A stretch of DNA of 64,000 nucleotides from Octopus sinensis (taxonomy: Eukaryota): assembly GCF_006345805.1 (NCBI RefSeq), contig NC_043005.1, positions 37,014,001-37,078,000 on the forward strand, given 5' to 3'. A program made the position numbers and the translations under genes. Positions 27,277-40,217 of the stretch are shown here, one piece after another. The number at the start of each line of letters is the position of its first letter. Within the stretch, counting starts at the first letter, position 1. Below the pieces are notes generated by a model. That model saw only the letters and a program-made list of their open reading frames with translations. It searched no databases and had not been told where the DNA came from.

Positions 27277-27914
27277 GGTGTGGTGGTGGTGGTGGTGGTG
27301 GTGGTGGTGGTGGTGGTGATGGTGCTGGTTATAATAATGGTAGGTGGTAGCTGCTGTTGTAGCTGTGAATAAAAGTGTTCCAACCATGACCATCCAATCA
27401 TTATTCCAGCAAAAATTATACTAATGCTGACAACTTAATGCAACGCAGCGCATTTCAAGATGACAGAGAAAGCATTGAGGGAGATTTGGTTGCTATTATC
27501 ACTTGATTTAAATACATCAGTGGTTGATAAGAGACAGTTGCTATGGTGCTAATGGCAGCAGTAGCGGCAACAGATGTGGCAGCAGCAGCGGCGACAACAG
27601 CAGCAGCAACAGCGTGCATCAACAGCGGCAGTAGCAGCAACAGCAGTGGTAGTGATGGTGGTAGTAGTAGGAGGAGGAGGAGGAGAAGGGGAGAAGGAGG
27701 AGATGTGTGGTATAGGTAACAGTGATAATTGGCAGTAGCTGGAGAAAATAGTGGTGGTGGTATGGGGAGTAGTAGTTGTGATAGCAGTACTGATAGAATA
27801 AATTGCGTGATTCAAATGCTATTACGGACATTATTATTGCTTTTTAATTAGAAGAAAACTTTAAAGAAGGAAACAACACCAATAATAATAATATCATATA
27901 AAAAATATATAGTT

Positions 27915-27920
27915 CTCATT

Positions 27921-27983
<63 letters not shown>

Positions 27984-28186
27984 ATCCCCCCACACACGCA
28001 CAGCCATTATATATAAATGTATGTATAAGTGTGTATATGTTTATCAATGCATATAAAAATGCATATATGCATCGGCATATACTATCTATATACCTGTTCA
28101 TATATATGTGTGTGTGTATGTGTATGTGTATATATATATATATATAATATATATATATATATACATATATATACATATACATGCAA

Positions 28187-28221
<35 letters not shown>

Positions 28222-28245
28222 ATATATACATGCATATAAATATAC

Positions 28246-28285
<40 letters not shown>

Positions 28286-28466
28286 TACATACATATACAT
28301 ATATACATATATATATACATATATATATAAATATAGATATACATATATACATATTATATATAAATACATATATATATATAAATATAGATATACATATATA
28401 CATATATATATATGTATATATATATATATAAATACATAGACATACATATATATATATATGTCTATG

Positions 28467-28510
<44 letters not shown>

Positions 28511-28558
28511 ATATATATAATATATATAATATATATACATATATATATACATATATAG

Positions 28559-28589
<31 letters not shown>

Positions 28590-28598
28590 TATAAAGAT

Positions 28599-28630
<32 letters not shown>

Positions 28631-28650
28631 GCATACACGCACACACATAT
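27915..28650. repeat. compound (TA)n/(CA)n microsatellite block
   Basis: Direct reading. Confidence 0.95.
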
Positions 28651-28849
28651 ATGCATGTCTGTCTATCTGTTATTAATATATTACTATATTTTATGTTTTT
28701 TTCTACATTAGTATTTCCTTTTATTTATTTATTATTTTTCTGTTGTTTTCGCTTCTAGAAAATTCTGTGCATTAATAACTATATTAAGATATAACAAAAA
28801 TATAATAAACTGCAATAATCAAGAATTAGTGAGGCATGAGGGATGTCTT

Positions 28850-30120
28850 TTTACCGAGGAGAGATAGATGAGTGATAGTAAAAATATGAAGAGAATGATT
28901 TAGAGACAAAGAGGTAGAGAGAGACGGTAGGGCTGGATAGTGTATATGCCGGTCTGTTAGGAGACTATTATGCAGTCAATCTTTGAGAGAAAGTGTGAGA
29001 GAAAGAGAAATATAGATGGAAGATTTATAAAATATTTATTAAGAGTGGTTAAAGACAAGCAACGATATAGCGAAAGAGGGAGAAAAAGAAACGTGGAGAA
29101 TGTGATAATGACGAGAAGACAGTGAAATAGGAAATGAAAGAGAGGGTGTAAGAGAGAGAGAGAAAGACAAAGAGAGAAGAGGGAGAGAAATGGAGGGACT
29201 AATAAAGAGGAAAGGAGAGAGAGATGATGGCAAAAATGACATAATGACAATAGAGAGAAGGGACAGGGATTTAAGAGGGAAAGATAGAAATGTCAACGGG
29301 AGAGACAAAAAAGAGACAGCAACATTGGTAAGTAGATAAGAGAGGAGGGGAGAGAGAAGAGGAGAGAGGAAGAGAATGAAGGTGACGTGGAATATAATGG
29401 AGAGACGGTGCAGACTGAAGGAAAAAGATTTTTAGCAAGGACAATGATGGAATTCGTTTGAAAGCCAACGGCTTTCAGTCACAATTCAGTAATTTTCCAC
29501 TTCACTGATGAATTATCAAAGAATATCAGTGAATTGTGACAGATGGAAGTGGTGGGGATATTGTGGTGATGGTGGTGATATTTAGAAGACAAGCGGAAAG
29601 TAGGATAGTATGGAATGATGGGATGGGTGGGTAGAGAGAAAAAAAAGAAAATGAAATAATGTTGGAAAGGAAGAGATATAAAGAAAACAAGGAAGAAAGA
29701 GAGAGAGAGAAATGGGGAGAGAGAGACAGAGATAGAGAGATGGGTGAGAGGACAAGAAAGAAAGATAAAGTGTGAGGAAAGAGAGTGAAAGACTGAGAAC
29801 GAAGATCGGGAGAAGAGGAGAGCGAGATAAGATGTAAGTAGAGTGATTCTAATAAAGAAAACAAGGAAAAGAGATTGGGAGAGAAAATCACGAAATTGGT
29901 AGAATACTGGGAAATAAGAGGAAAGCGAAAAAATGCGGAAGAGAGAGTAAGGGAAGTGAGAAGTGGAAACAAAGAGTAAGGTGACAATGAGAAATAAAAA
30001 TAGGAGAGCAATTATTTTGTACGAAGATGGCGGAGACTGAGAAGCAGGAACAGGATTGACAACAGCCAGGGATTGAGTGCGAATAATCGGAAGAGTAAAA
30101 TGGAGTAAGAAGTAATGCAT
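28850..30120. repeat. purine-rich (GA/GAAA) low-complexity tract
   Basis: Plus strand mostly A/G; explains the S/L/F-rich minus-strand pseudo-ORFs. Confidence 0.8.
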
Positions 30121-30156
30121 GTTTATATTTTATATGTGTGTATTCGCATTAAATGA

Positions 30157-30330
30157 AGGTGCAGTCACGGTTGTATGGTGAAGTAATCTACTTCGAAATT
30201 ACGTAGTTCTGGGTTCCAATCTTACTGCGTCATACTCTGGAAAACTATTTTCTCTATCTCCGGCGTAACCGATATCTTGTGAGTGAATTTGGTACACGGT
30301 AACAATTTAGATACCCCTTGCGCGCACACA
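30157..30330 (+). mobile_element. SINE family 2, degenerate 5' half
   Basis: gggttcc B-box-like motif, cttgtgagtgaatttggta. Confidence 0.55.
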
Positions 30331-30341
30331 CACACACACAC

Positions 30342-30386
<45 letters not shown>

Positions 30387-30410
30387 AACTCATATATTCT
30401 ACAGAAAATA

Positions 30411-30537
30411 AAGGAATTCTCAAATACAGGATGGCTGTGAAGACAACTTAGAAAATCAGGTAAATACTGTTTAGAATACGATATTTACCTGATTTTCTAA
30501 GCTGTCTTCACAACCATCCAGCGTTCGGGAATTCCTT
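30411..30537. repeat. ~127-bp hairpin, 15-nt loop
   Basis: ggatggctgtgaagacaacttagaaaatcaggtaaata mirrored by tatttacctgattttctaagctgtcttcacaaccatcc (2 mismatches); outer aaggaattc/gaattcctt. Confidence 0.85.
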
Positions 30538-30586
30538 AATTTTTCTGCTGAATACCGACACATTCAGTGGCTATAAGTTTGCTTAC

Positions 30587-30631
<45 letters not shown>

Positions 30632-30944
30632 GTTTACATATTGAAAGCTGTGTTGATTGTGATCCCCGTTGATAGGCCCTTGATATGCAATAAAGAGTAA
30701 GAAACCTGTAGCGTTGTAGTGTGCAAATCAGTATCTCCAGTTCTATGGAGATCTTAGATTTGCTGCGTATATAAGAGAATTGGCTAGTTGTTTCTCGCAG
30801 ATTGGTCAAGGGAAGTAGACATCTCTGATGACACTAAAAAGGTCGAAAATTGATTCAAGCAGTTGGTAATTTATTAAATAAACCCACTAAGAAACAAGTG
30901 AAATTGACATGTTTGTATATCTACTATAAATGTGTGTGTGTGTG

Positions 30945-30976
<32 letters not shown>

Positions 30977-31009
30977 AATAAGAAAGTAAGTTAGGCAGGA
31001 AAATGCGTA

Positions 31010-31175
31010 TAGCCGAAGCATAACTAAATGGTTAAGAAATTGTTTTCCCCAACTATGAGGCCCCGGTTTCGATACATTAGTGAGGCATTTTGAGCAAATA
31101 TCAATTTATCTTGTTTCGGATTGACTCGTAACTTGTGACACAAATTTGAATAAACGAATCTGAAGAGAAATATGT
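31010..31175 (+). mobile_element. SINE family 2, degenerate 5' half
   Basis: ggtttcgat...gcattttgagcaaat...cttgtgacacaaattt. Confidence 0.4.
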
Positions 31176-31433
31176 TCGATGAATTCCATCAGTATTTCAC
31201 ACACTGCCACGCTAATTCTGTCTGAGATTTATGTTAAAGATACTCGAGGTTTTGGAATACTCAGCAACATATATGCTCATTTAAATAGCAGCTAATTCAG
31301 TTGATAGAACAATCTTTTCCTCCCTGTATATGTGTGTTTTTATGTATAGGTGTGTGCCGACTGTATGGATTCCAGTAATTCGTATATATATATATATATA
31401 TATAATATATATATATATATTTCTTTGTCGCAT

Positions 31434-31494
31434 TTATCACTGACGAAGAGAAGGTTCTTATGAATTAACTCTGAAATCGAGTCCGATATGGTAA
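31434..31494 (+). ncRNA. type I hammerhead ribozyme
   Basis: Stem I ttatca(31434-39)/tggtaa(31489-94); core CTGACGA 31440-46; stem II agag/ctct closing an inner gttc-ttat-gaat hairpin; GAAA 31473-76; stem III atcg-agtc-cgat; AUA triplet, predicted cut after 31488. Confidence 0.75.
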
Positions 31495-32049
31495 TAACGG
31501 AATTTTTTAGAAATCTCTGTCGGTTTTCTTCGAAATGCATACTTATAGTGATGAATTATATGGTTATGGACAGTGTGTCTAGTTTCGGCATATTTGGCAT
31601 TAAAATTTTTTTTCTTTTGCCCTTGTTTATAAGTTGTATATGTATGAGTATATATATATATATATATATATATAAACACGTGTGTGTTTCACCTGCTCAT
31701 TCATTGGACTGTAGCCATGCCGGAACGCTGGCTTGAAGGGCTTTGTTAAATAGTGAAAGTGTACACTTCTCCCGGTAAAAGGTGGTAGTAGCCAGCCATT
31801 ATAAATAGACCAGTAGCCAGCCGGTCGACAGGAGACGGTCAGATGGTCGAGAAATAGGTGTAGACTGTGTTGATATAGTAATCATGCTATGATACTGACC
31901 GGACGTTATATCGATCCATCCTTTCGAGGATAATAACACTGTATGACTGGGAGTGGACGACTTCAGAATATAACAATATCTGTCAGAGTGACAACCGTCG
32001 TCAAAAGACAATACAACTGTGGCAAAAGACCGCTTTACAACAGACATAA

Positions 32050-32224
32050 TAGAACAAATCCACTCTAATACTTATTTTCAACTCTCGTACTTGTTCCATC
32101 CGACACCCATATTGAACCGTTACATTACGGTGACGTAAACATAGCGAACCGTTTGTCAACTGGTGTGTGTGTATGTGTGGTGAGAGAACAAACTCAATGA
32201 CACATACGTAGACACACATACACG

Positions 32225-32280
<56 letters not shown>

Positions 32281-32425
32281 ACACACACACACACACACAC
32301 GACAGACCTCCCCGTAGTTTCCATCAGAAGGCATTGCTCTGCCCGGGGCTATTTCAGAAGACATTTGCTCAAGGTGCCATGCAGTGGGACTGGGCTTGAA
32401 ACTGTGCGGTTGCGAAGCTAACATG
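32050..32425 (-). mobile_element. SINE family 2 with internal (CA)n
   Basis: Reverse complement agtcccactgcatggcaccttgagcaaatgtcttctg...tagccccggg. Confidence 0.7.
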
Positions 32426-33911
32426 TAAAATACATAGTCTCGTCTGTACCTAAAAAACAAAGTAAGCTCGCCATTGTGTTTCTATTAACAGTTAGAAACC
32501 TTCATTTACATCATTAAAACTGTTTAGAAAGCAATAAACGTCGCAGCAAGCGATTTTCTTTCCCCTATAATTAAGACCTCATGTTAACGTAAAAGCCATC
32601 ATTAGTGTTTTAGAACTCATCCTTACAGCTATTAATATTATTACTGCTATTAATATTGTGGTTTTTTGTATAGACGTGCTTGTAGGAAAGGAGAAGCAAG
32701 ATTGTTTCAAATTCGTGGTTTCATGAAAACGCATATGGGAAAAAATGAGGCAAAATAAAGCTAGGAATTGCTGTGATATAAAAATCTCTTTATTTAACTG
32801 AGCTGATTAGCTTATGGCTGACATTTTAGTATTTCAGGTATAATTGCATAAACAAACTTTAGGTCAATTCCACTATGTTTGAGATATATTAGATCTGTAA
32901 AATGGTATTTTTGCTGTGGTTTCTCGGAGAAAAATTCTCGCTTTCGGCAAAATGTGTTAAAGACATCAAACTCAGTTCAGAGCGACTGCTATGCATTGGT
33001 ACATGCATTTCGAGCTTCTTTGCTCTCTGAGCACCAGATTAAAATGCTAGGCAACTCTAAACTGACTGAAAAGCTTATCTTTCTTACAAGAAATTAGTAA
33101 ACGCTATCTTGTACTGAGGAAAACAAAAATGCTCAAAATGCAACTATCAATCTATAGGGTGCTCTGAAATGACTTTAATGTTTTTCAATAAGGTTTTCGT
33201 ACCAATAAGACGAATCCCACTAGACAAGTTTGACTCTTGGTTTGGTTAAATCTGCCATCACAATCACCATACATCACAAATGCTACCAAAAAAAAAATTC
33301 ACCAGTCTCAAATTTTCAAAAATCTGCGTAACTCCTTCAATGAAAGGTTATTTATCAATAAAACTAGTTTCTAATTCATTTTTACATTTTCGTATGTCGA
33401 ACACAGGCGGGTTTATTACATAGTATGCTACCCAATGAATTTTGATACTTGTCACTGAGCAATCGTTATCATTTTATCATCTGATCACCCCACAAAAGAC
33501 CAAGTAATACCGAGCTATTGAAGCTCCGATAACCATTTAATACAGAAAAGTTAAGTAAATTTGGACTTTCAGGCAGTAGGTTCAATTATATGCAACTACA
33601 TACATTGTATGACCAGTCCATTTGTTTTTATTATCATGTTCAATTGTTTTACAATTGCTAGTTTGTTTTTTGTTTTGCTTTTTTTTTTACCTAAGGCAGC
33701 TATCTTGAGCATATAATCTTGCTTACTTTATCTTATTGTACAGATACTAGCTGTTTGCAATTTATCGCATATTTTTTTCCTGGCATAAGCCATATCGGTA
33801 GCTACTGTGTTGTTTATAGAATAATATACTAACATTATTCCATATCCCACGCGTGTGATATTTCACTATAAGTATTTCTTTCTTCTCCCTTTATTCCATT
33901 ATTTACCTTAC

Positions 33912-34042
33912 CGTTTCTTTCGTTGCTGCTTATCTCCATGATTTGGTAGGCTTTCTTTGAGGTTGTTGCTCTTACATCTCAGCTGGTTTGAAGTTTGCCA
34001 TAAGGCATTTTCTGCTTTGTTGAGGAATTGTTGAAAGTAGTT
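33912..34042 (-). CDS. candidate internal exon of an unidentified gene
   Basis: Donor AACG|gtaagg, weak TAG acceptor; open frame NYFQQFLNKAENALWQTSNQLRCKSNNLKESLPNHGDKQQRKK. Confidence 0.22.
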
Positions 34043-34261
34043 CTATTCCAGCGATAATATTAAAACACTGGTTTGATTTCTTTCAGGTATCCTGTTGTGG
34101 TGCTTTGTGTATACATGAGCTCGTGTATTGAAATATGTTTACGCAATGCATGCATAGGTGTATGTATGTATGTATGTTTGTATGTACGTATGTATGTTTG
34201 TATGTATATACGTATGCTTAAATGTATGTATCGATGTTTGTATATATGTACGTATGCATGC

Positions 34262-34312
<51 letters not shown>

Positions 34313-34338
34313 CATATGCATATACATACACACACAGA

Positions 34339-34740
34339 AAGGCGGCGAGCTGGCAGAAACGTTAGCACGCCGGGCGAAATGCTTACCGGTATTTCGTCTG
34401 CCGTTACGTTCTGAGGTCAAATTCCGCCGAGGCCATCTTTGCCTTTCATCCTTTCAGGGTCGATTAAATAAGTACCAGTTACGCACTGGGGTCGATATAA
34501 TCGACTTAACCCGTTTGTCTGTCCTTATTTGTTCTCTCTTTGTTTAGCCCCTTGTGGGTAGTAAAGAAATAGGTATTTCGTATGTCTTTACGTTTTGAGT
34601 TCAAATACCGCTGAGTTCAAATACCGCTGAGGTCGACTTTCGGGGTCGATAAATTAAGTACCAGTTGTGTACTGGGGTTGATCTAATCGACTGGCTCCCC
34701 TTCCCCAAAAATTCGGGCCTTATGCCTAGGGTAGAAAAGT
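34339..34740 (+). mobile_element. SINE family 1, dimeric arrangement
   Basis: Full monomer to gccccttgtgggtagtaaagaaat (34570), then a second partial monomer with duplicated gagttcaaataccgct. Confidence 0.88.
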
Positions 34741-35769
34741 ATATATATACACAGATACAATGGCAAACATTTATAAACAGATTCACGCACTAGTGTAAAC
34801 TAATACAAGTATATGTATAATTATACAAGTGTGTGTGTGTGTGTGTGTGCATATTGTCAGTGTTTGTATATGCACAGGTATGTAAATATATTGATAGGAG
34901 ATTAATAAGCTCTACTCACGCAATAATTATAAAACACGGGCACATACAAAGACAAGAAAAAGAATTTCCATTTATAATCAAAAATTTAAAATCAAAACCG
35001 AACAACTTCACTGATGGAAATAGAATCACACATCCTAAGATCGCAGGACATATATACTAATTTGTAAACAATTTCAGTTTATGTCTGGTACTCTCTCTAA
35101 CATGTTTTTTTTGTGTTTTTTTTTTTGCTCTTGGTCAGTGCATTAAATATATAATCCTCTTCATAACTATATTTCTTTTTATGCAGAAAATTGTCTTACT
35201 CTGCTACAATTGAGTGTACAACTGCACACAGTTTCATTCGATTTTCACCAGCAATTTAACAAAGCAGTATTAGACTTCTTCTACAATTGTGTGATGTAGC
35301 ACGATACAACATCATAGTTTAAAATATAAACAGGAAGTAAATGAAATACATATGAATTAATAATAAATTGCTGTCATTTTTTTTTTAAATCAACAATTAT
35401 TAAAGCCACAGTATTATTCGTATCGTATAAAACATATATGTTTGTTCGGTGACAGATACATAGTTCAGTTCTTATTAGTAGTTTGTTATTTCTTTCTCAT
35501 CGATTTCAAGGTGTTGTTCATAGATTTACATAATCTAAGGTTGACAGTGACTTTGAAGTTTCATGCTAGTCGCCAATATCTTATTGTACAGTACTTTTGA
35601 TTTGTCAAGCCTTACATATATACTTTTGGTTCACTATATGGAGGGAACAATATGGTTGTAAAGAAGTTTTGGTACAATAGTAACCGTTCCATTATAGTAG
35701 ATTTTATTAAATATGTAACTATATACATACATACGTGCATACATGCATACATACATACATGCATATATG

Positions 35770-35814
<45 letters not shown>

Positions 35815-36643
35815 ATATATATATATATATGAGCATTACTATATATATTTGTGTGTGCATGTGTACATTTTCATATTGGCCCAGTGCAATTTAAATCTTA
35901 AATTGTATGACAAATAGCTAGTATTTAGAACTTTATGTAAATCACCGTTCGTGTTATTGTATTCGTATCTTTTCTTATGAATCATGGGTCGACATTTTTT
36001 CAAGTAATGTTGCTTATAACTTTTACATGTCTCTGATGATTTGACAATAAATCGTTAATATGTAATTCACATAAGGTAACCACATATCGCCTCATGTTAA
36101 TGAAACATGCGTTTCACATGGTTTGTTTATTTTATTGTATACACACACACACACACACACACACATGCACACACACATACACACAGAGTTATGGGATGTT
36201 ATTTTATAGTCTTAAAATATATAGATTAAAAAATTATAAACGCAGCAAACATTAACTAGAAAATGACTTGCGGCAAATGTATAGTCAGATGCTATTAATA
36301 AATTTATTGAGAGTGGTATCGAATTTGTTCAGTAGAGAAAGAAAGAAAGAGACAGACAGACAGACTGACAGCATTTGCGAATTCAAAGAAACAATTACTA
36401 CTTGATAGATCAGTGTATGTAGAACACTACGTACACAGAAAGAAAAACCGAATTGCTTGTTGAGCAGAGATGCTACCTAGGAAATATACTGTTTGAAGGC
36501 AATGGGAAGCACACACAGAATCAAAGAAACTACAATCGCTGTATAAACTCAATTCAGGCCTATTAAACTTACAATATTTAAATCTACTATAAATAACATT
36601 ACTCTCTTTCTAACAATTTGTTAAGTGTGGCGATATATTATAG

Positions 36644-38790
36644 TTATGTGTGTTCAGTGTTTATGTCAATCACTTGAATTCCTAATTCCCAAATTTGTTG
36701 AGCTGCCAGATTGATATAAAGTCCCGTCTTGTTATTTCTCTTCGTTAATTCGCTCTCTAACTTCTTCCGTATCTCTGTAATGTTGTTTTGAATATCTGTC
36801 ACATATCCAGAGACTAATACATTTCATTGGCTTATTTCCAACAAATGGAGTGATTTTCTATGAATACAGAGTTATGGATCGAATGACCGGTTAACACCAT
36901 ACATAACTTTCAGGGCCGAATTAAGGCCAATTGATGTCCTACACACAAGACAACAATGGTTCCGCCTCAACTCTTCCAGAGTCTTACCGACAAGACATTA
37001 ACATATAAATGATGAATATGAAATAATTGATTAAAAATTTAGTTTTCTTCCAAATCATTTCTCAAACCAGACTCACCACTATCTTGAAGACAATTTGGTT
37101 GCATAATTATAATTATTTAACTCTAAATAGTGGTGAGTAATGAGAGGATAAATTATTTGTTTATAACAAGAACAAACGGCAAAAACGCAATGTTTTAATG
37201 CGTTATTTGTTAAAAATGGAAACCTTTGCCAGATGTTAAATCTATCACGAGGGAAAAACTCGGTAGTGCCTCCTCCCTTTGCTGTTCTAAATACAGCCAA
37301 CTGATACTTCAAGCGAGGATGATTTGCTGTCGTGCACCATATTTTCACTAATTGTTCTAATTTCTCTACGTTAATTCAACACAGCAGCACATTTATGATG
37401 TGATAGCTGGGGAAAGAGAGGGCTACACCAGCATCTAGCAATTTCACATTACATCTGAATAGACTGAAGTAACAAAAAAGTGTCTTGTTCAAGGCCACAA
37501 TGCATTGCATGGGTTGGGAATTTACACACCACCTGTGTTCATGAGTCGAACACCCCTAACCTCAAAACTCCTTCACTTGGTACCCTAATTATGTACCCTT
37601 ATTTTCTTGAACGACTTGCCATGATTACATTAATTGCAATACTTAGAGTTTTGTTTCTTTCACTTTCCTCGCTCTGATACTGAATAAATATTTCCACACA
37701 ACCGCATCCTTGTCATCATACCTCCTCTACTACTCACATATAAAATAGTCATCATCTGCAAATATTTCTCGCATACCCTCCAGCTTTTCGTTTAGTTTAG
37801 ACCTGGTTTTCTTATATATGTAGCCACTTCTATCGGTGATTCATTCATTGCTGATCCAGGATAACACGGTACACTCAAATGTGAACCATGTTACAATTAA
37901 CACAGAGTGAACTGTGATAGCACGTGTCGGCGATCAGTAGAAGATTCTACTCGTACCACATAAATACGCCCCAGCGACCATCTACAACTCCCACTCCCGT
38001 GATAAACGAGGACAGATGTAAATTATTTTCATTAAGTTGACAGACGGTATATGTTTACTGAGTGATCGGTTTAGAATCTCTCAGTAACTCTGTTGAAGTC
38101 TGACAAAATTTCACCAGACAGTTAGATATTTAATTCATAACACCCTTTATCGCCTTATATAAATACTTATTAAATAAAACCTATTCTAAATACTATCAAC
38201 TAGACTCTGAAAACATCAAGCTATCTGAATTAATTTCTCATAAAGTTTCTACACCAATTCAGAATTCTTTGTATTATCAATCTTGATAGCGTAAATGCTC
38301 ACCAATTCTTCAACAAACTGGAACATCTCTGATCTTCCATAAGCTACACATGTAATTATTCAACCATTGTTGTAATGCAGCGACAATCATTTGCATATTA
38401 CCTAGAATGCGCCATTAGGTCTTCGTATTCAGCAATTCTTCCTCATTATTGGCTGTAAATAAAACTATTCAAAGGATTGTTAGACTAAAGTTATACAGAA
38501 TAGATGGATATTTAGATAAAGTAATATCAATATATTCCCTTGAAAAACTGTTCAGTTGATTCTGCTATTTAATATATCTCAACATTCTTTATACGAAACA
38601 ATTGTTTACCAAACTTAAAAAAGAATCCTCTAAACAGTTCTCTTACTGTTCTCGGATTACATTTATTTCTGCCTTCTAAGAACCTTACCAACAAATTCGT
38701 TGTTTTGCTAGTGTTACCCTTTAACCTTTCATCTAACTTTGTAGCTTTGTATTTCTCGTCGTTTACAAACGCTGTATGTGTTCCTTGCTG
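36644..38790 (-). pseudogene. possible decayed coding region, family not recognised
   Basis: Microsatellite-free unique DNA with protein-like minus-strand stretches: 59 codons (36647-36823), 73 codons (38572-38790), and a ~60-codon stretch near 37640-37830 with internal stops. Confidence 0.3.
37395..37560 (-). mobile_element. SINE fragment (third family), degenerate
   Basis: gactgaagtaacaaaaaagtgtcttgttcaaggccacaatgc resembles 43560-43600. Confidence 0.45.
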
Positions 38791-39532
38791 TCAAATCTCA
38801 TCTGTGTATCGTCCTATATTCACTCTTCAAATAAATCGAATTTCTTTCAAGAATATTTGAATTTTTCTTGTGTCAATTTCCAGCGTAAACCTAAGTCAAC
38901 ATGCGAGAACAAACATTTGTTATACTTAGAGATTTACTGACAGTTTCGACATAAGGCCCATTTCATGGTTATTTTCTTTTTCACTCAACAACAGAAAACT
39001 CGATTTGTGCAAGTAAATGCAGTTATAACAAACTTTAACAAATAAATACTTCCGCATTAACCACTGAACATTGTAAATATACACATAAATGCATGAAGCC
39101 ATTGGTTAGACTCCAAGCTCTGGTTATAGAGATCAAGAACATATGCACATACATACGCATGAGAAGTTTCGGGTAGTAACACAGACTTAGCAGTAGATAA
39201 ATACGATTATTCCTTTTATGCAAGTGTTCAAGAATATCTTTCGCTTAACAACATTTCACACCACTGTGATATACATACACACTCTATACCCACACAAACA
39301 CACACACACACATATACACACATACGCGCGCATGCATATATATACATATATAATGCAAAAGGTGCGCCGATAGGTTCGAAACGTTACGAAAACCATGAAC
39401 GTGCTGGAGAGTGGAGCTTATCTCTGAAATACATACACAAATAGATCAAGCATAAACATTGGTCACGTTTTCTGCTTCTTTTCTTATTTTCTCTGCATCC
39501 ATCTCTCTTTCTCTCTCTCTCTTTCTCACACC

Positions 39533-39534
<2 letters not shown>

Positions 39535-39617
<83 letters not shown>

Positions 39618-39621
39618 AGTG

Positions 39622-39653
<32 letters not shown>

Positions 39654-39818
39654 CATATATATATATATGTATATGCACATATATATATATATACGTATAT
39701 GCACATATATATATATGTGTATATGCAAATATATATATATGCATGTATATGCACTATGTATGTATATGCATATATATATATATATATATATTATATATGT
39801 ATATATATATATATATAT

Positions 39819-39880
<62 letters not shown>
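39535..39880. repeat. (TA)n/(TG)n compound microsatellite
   Basis: Direct reading. Confidence 0.95.
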
Positions 39881-39885
<5 letters not shown>

Positions 39886-40217
39886 CAGATAGAAAATGAT
39901 GTCTGTGAGACATTAGCAAGCCACAATCATAAACATTAATGGATTCGAAGTATGATAAACTGAGATTTGTCTCAAACTATTTCCAGTCCCATCGAAATTT
40001 GCCAAAGCATCGAAATCATGACAGGAAAGTTTCTATAAACAGAGAACGAATAGCATGGAAAGAAATGAAAAGGAGAGCAGAAGTGAAGTTGATGAAGGGA
40101 TGAATAGGCCGTACAAAAGGCTTTATAGAATTGCCATATTGAGAGAGTGAAATATTAAATATATCGATAAAATGAACTCGAAAAACTAAGAGACTAGCGA
40201 AATAATAATAATAATAA

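Noticed and set aside
30817-30875. CTGATGA...GAAA motif
   Set aside because: C-C mismatch at 10.1/11.1 and no stem I partner; the hammerhead fold cannot be completed
33112-33145. CTGAGGA aaacaaaaatgctc AAAA
   Set aside because: G12 absent and stem II not formed
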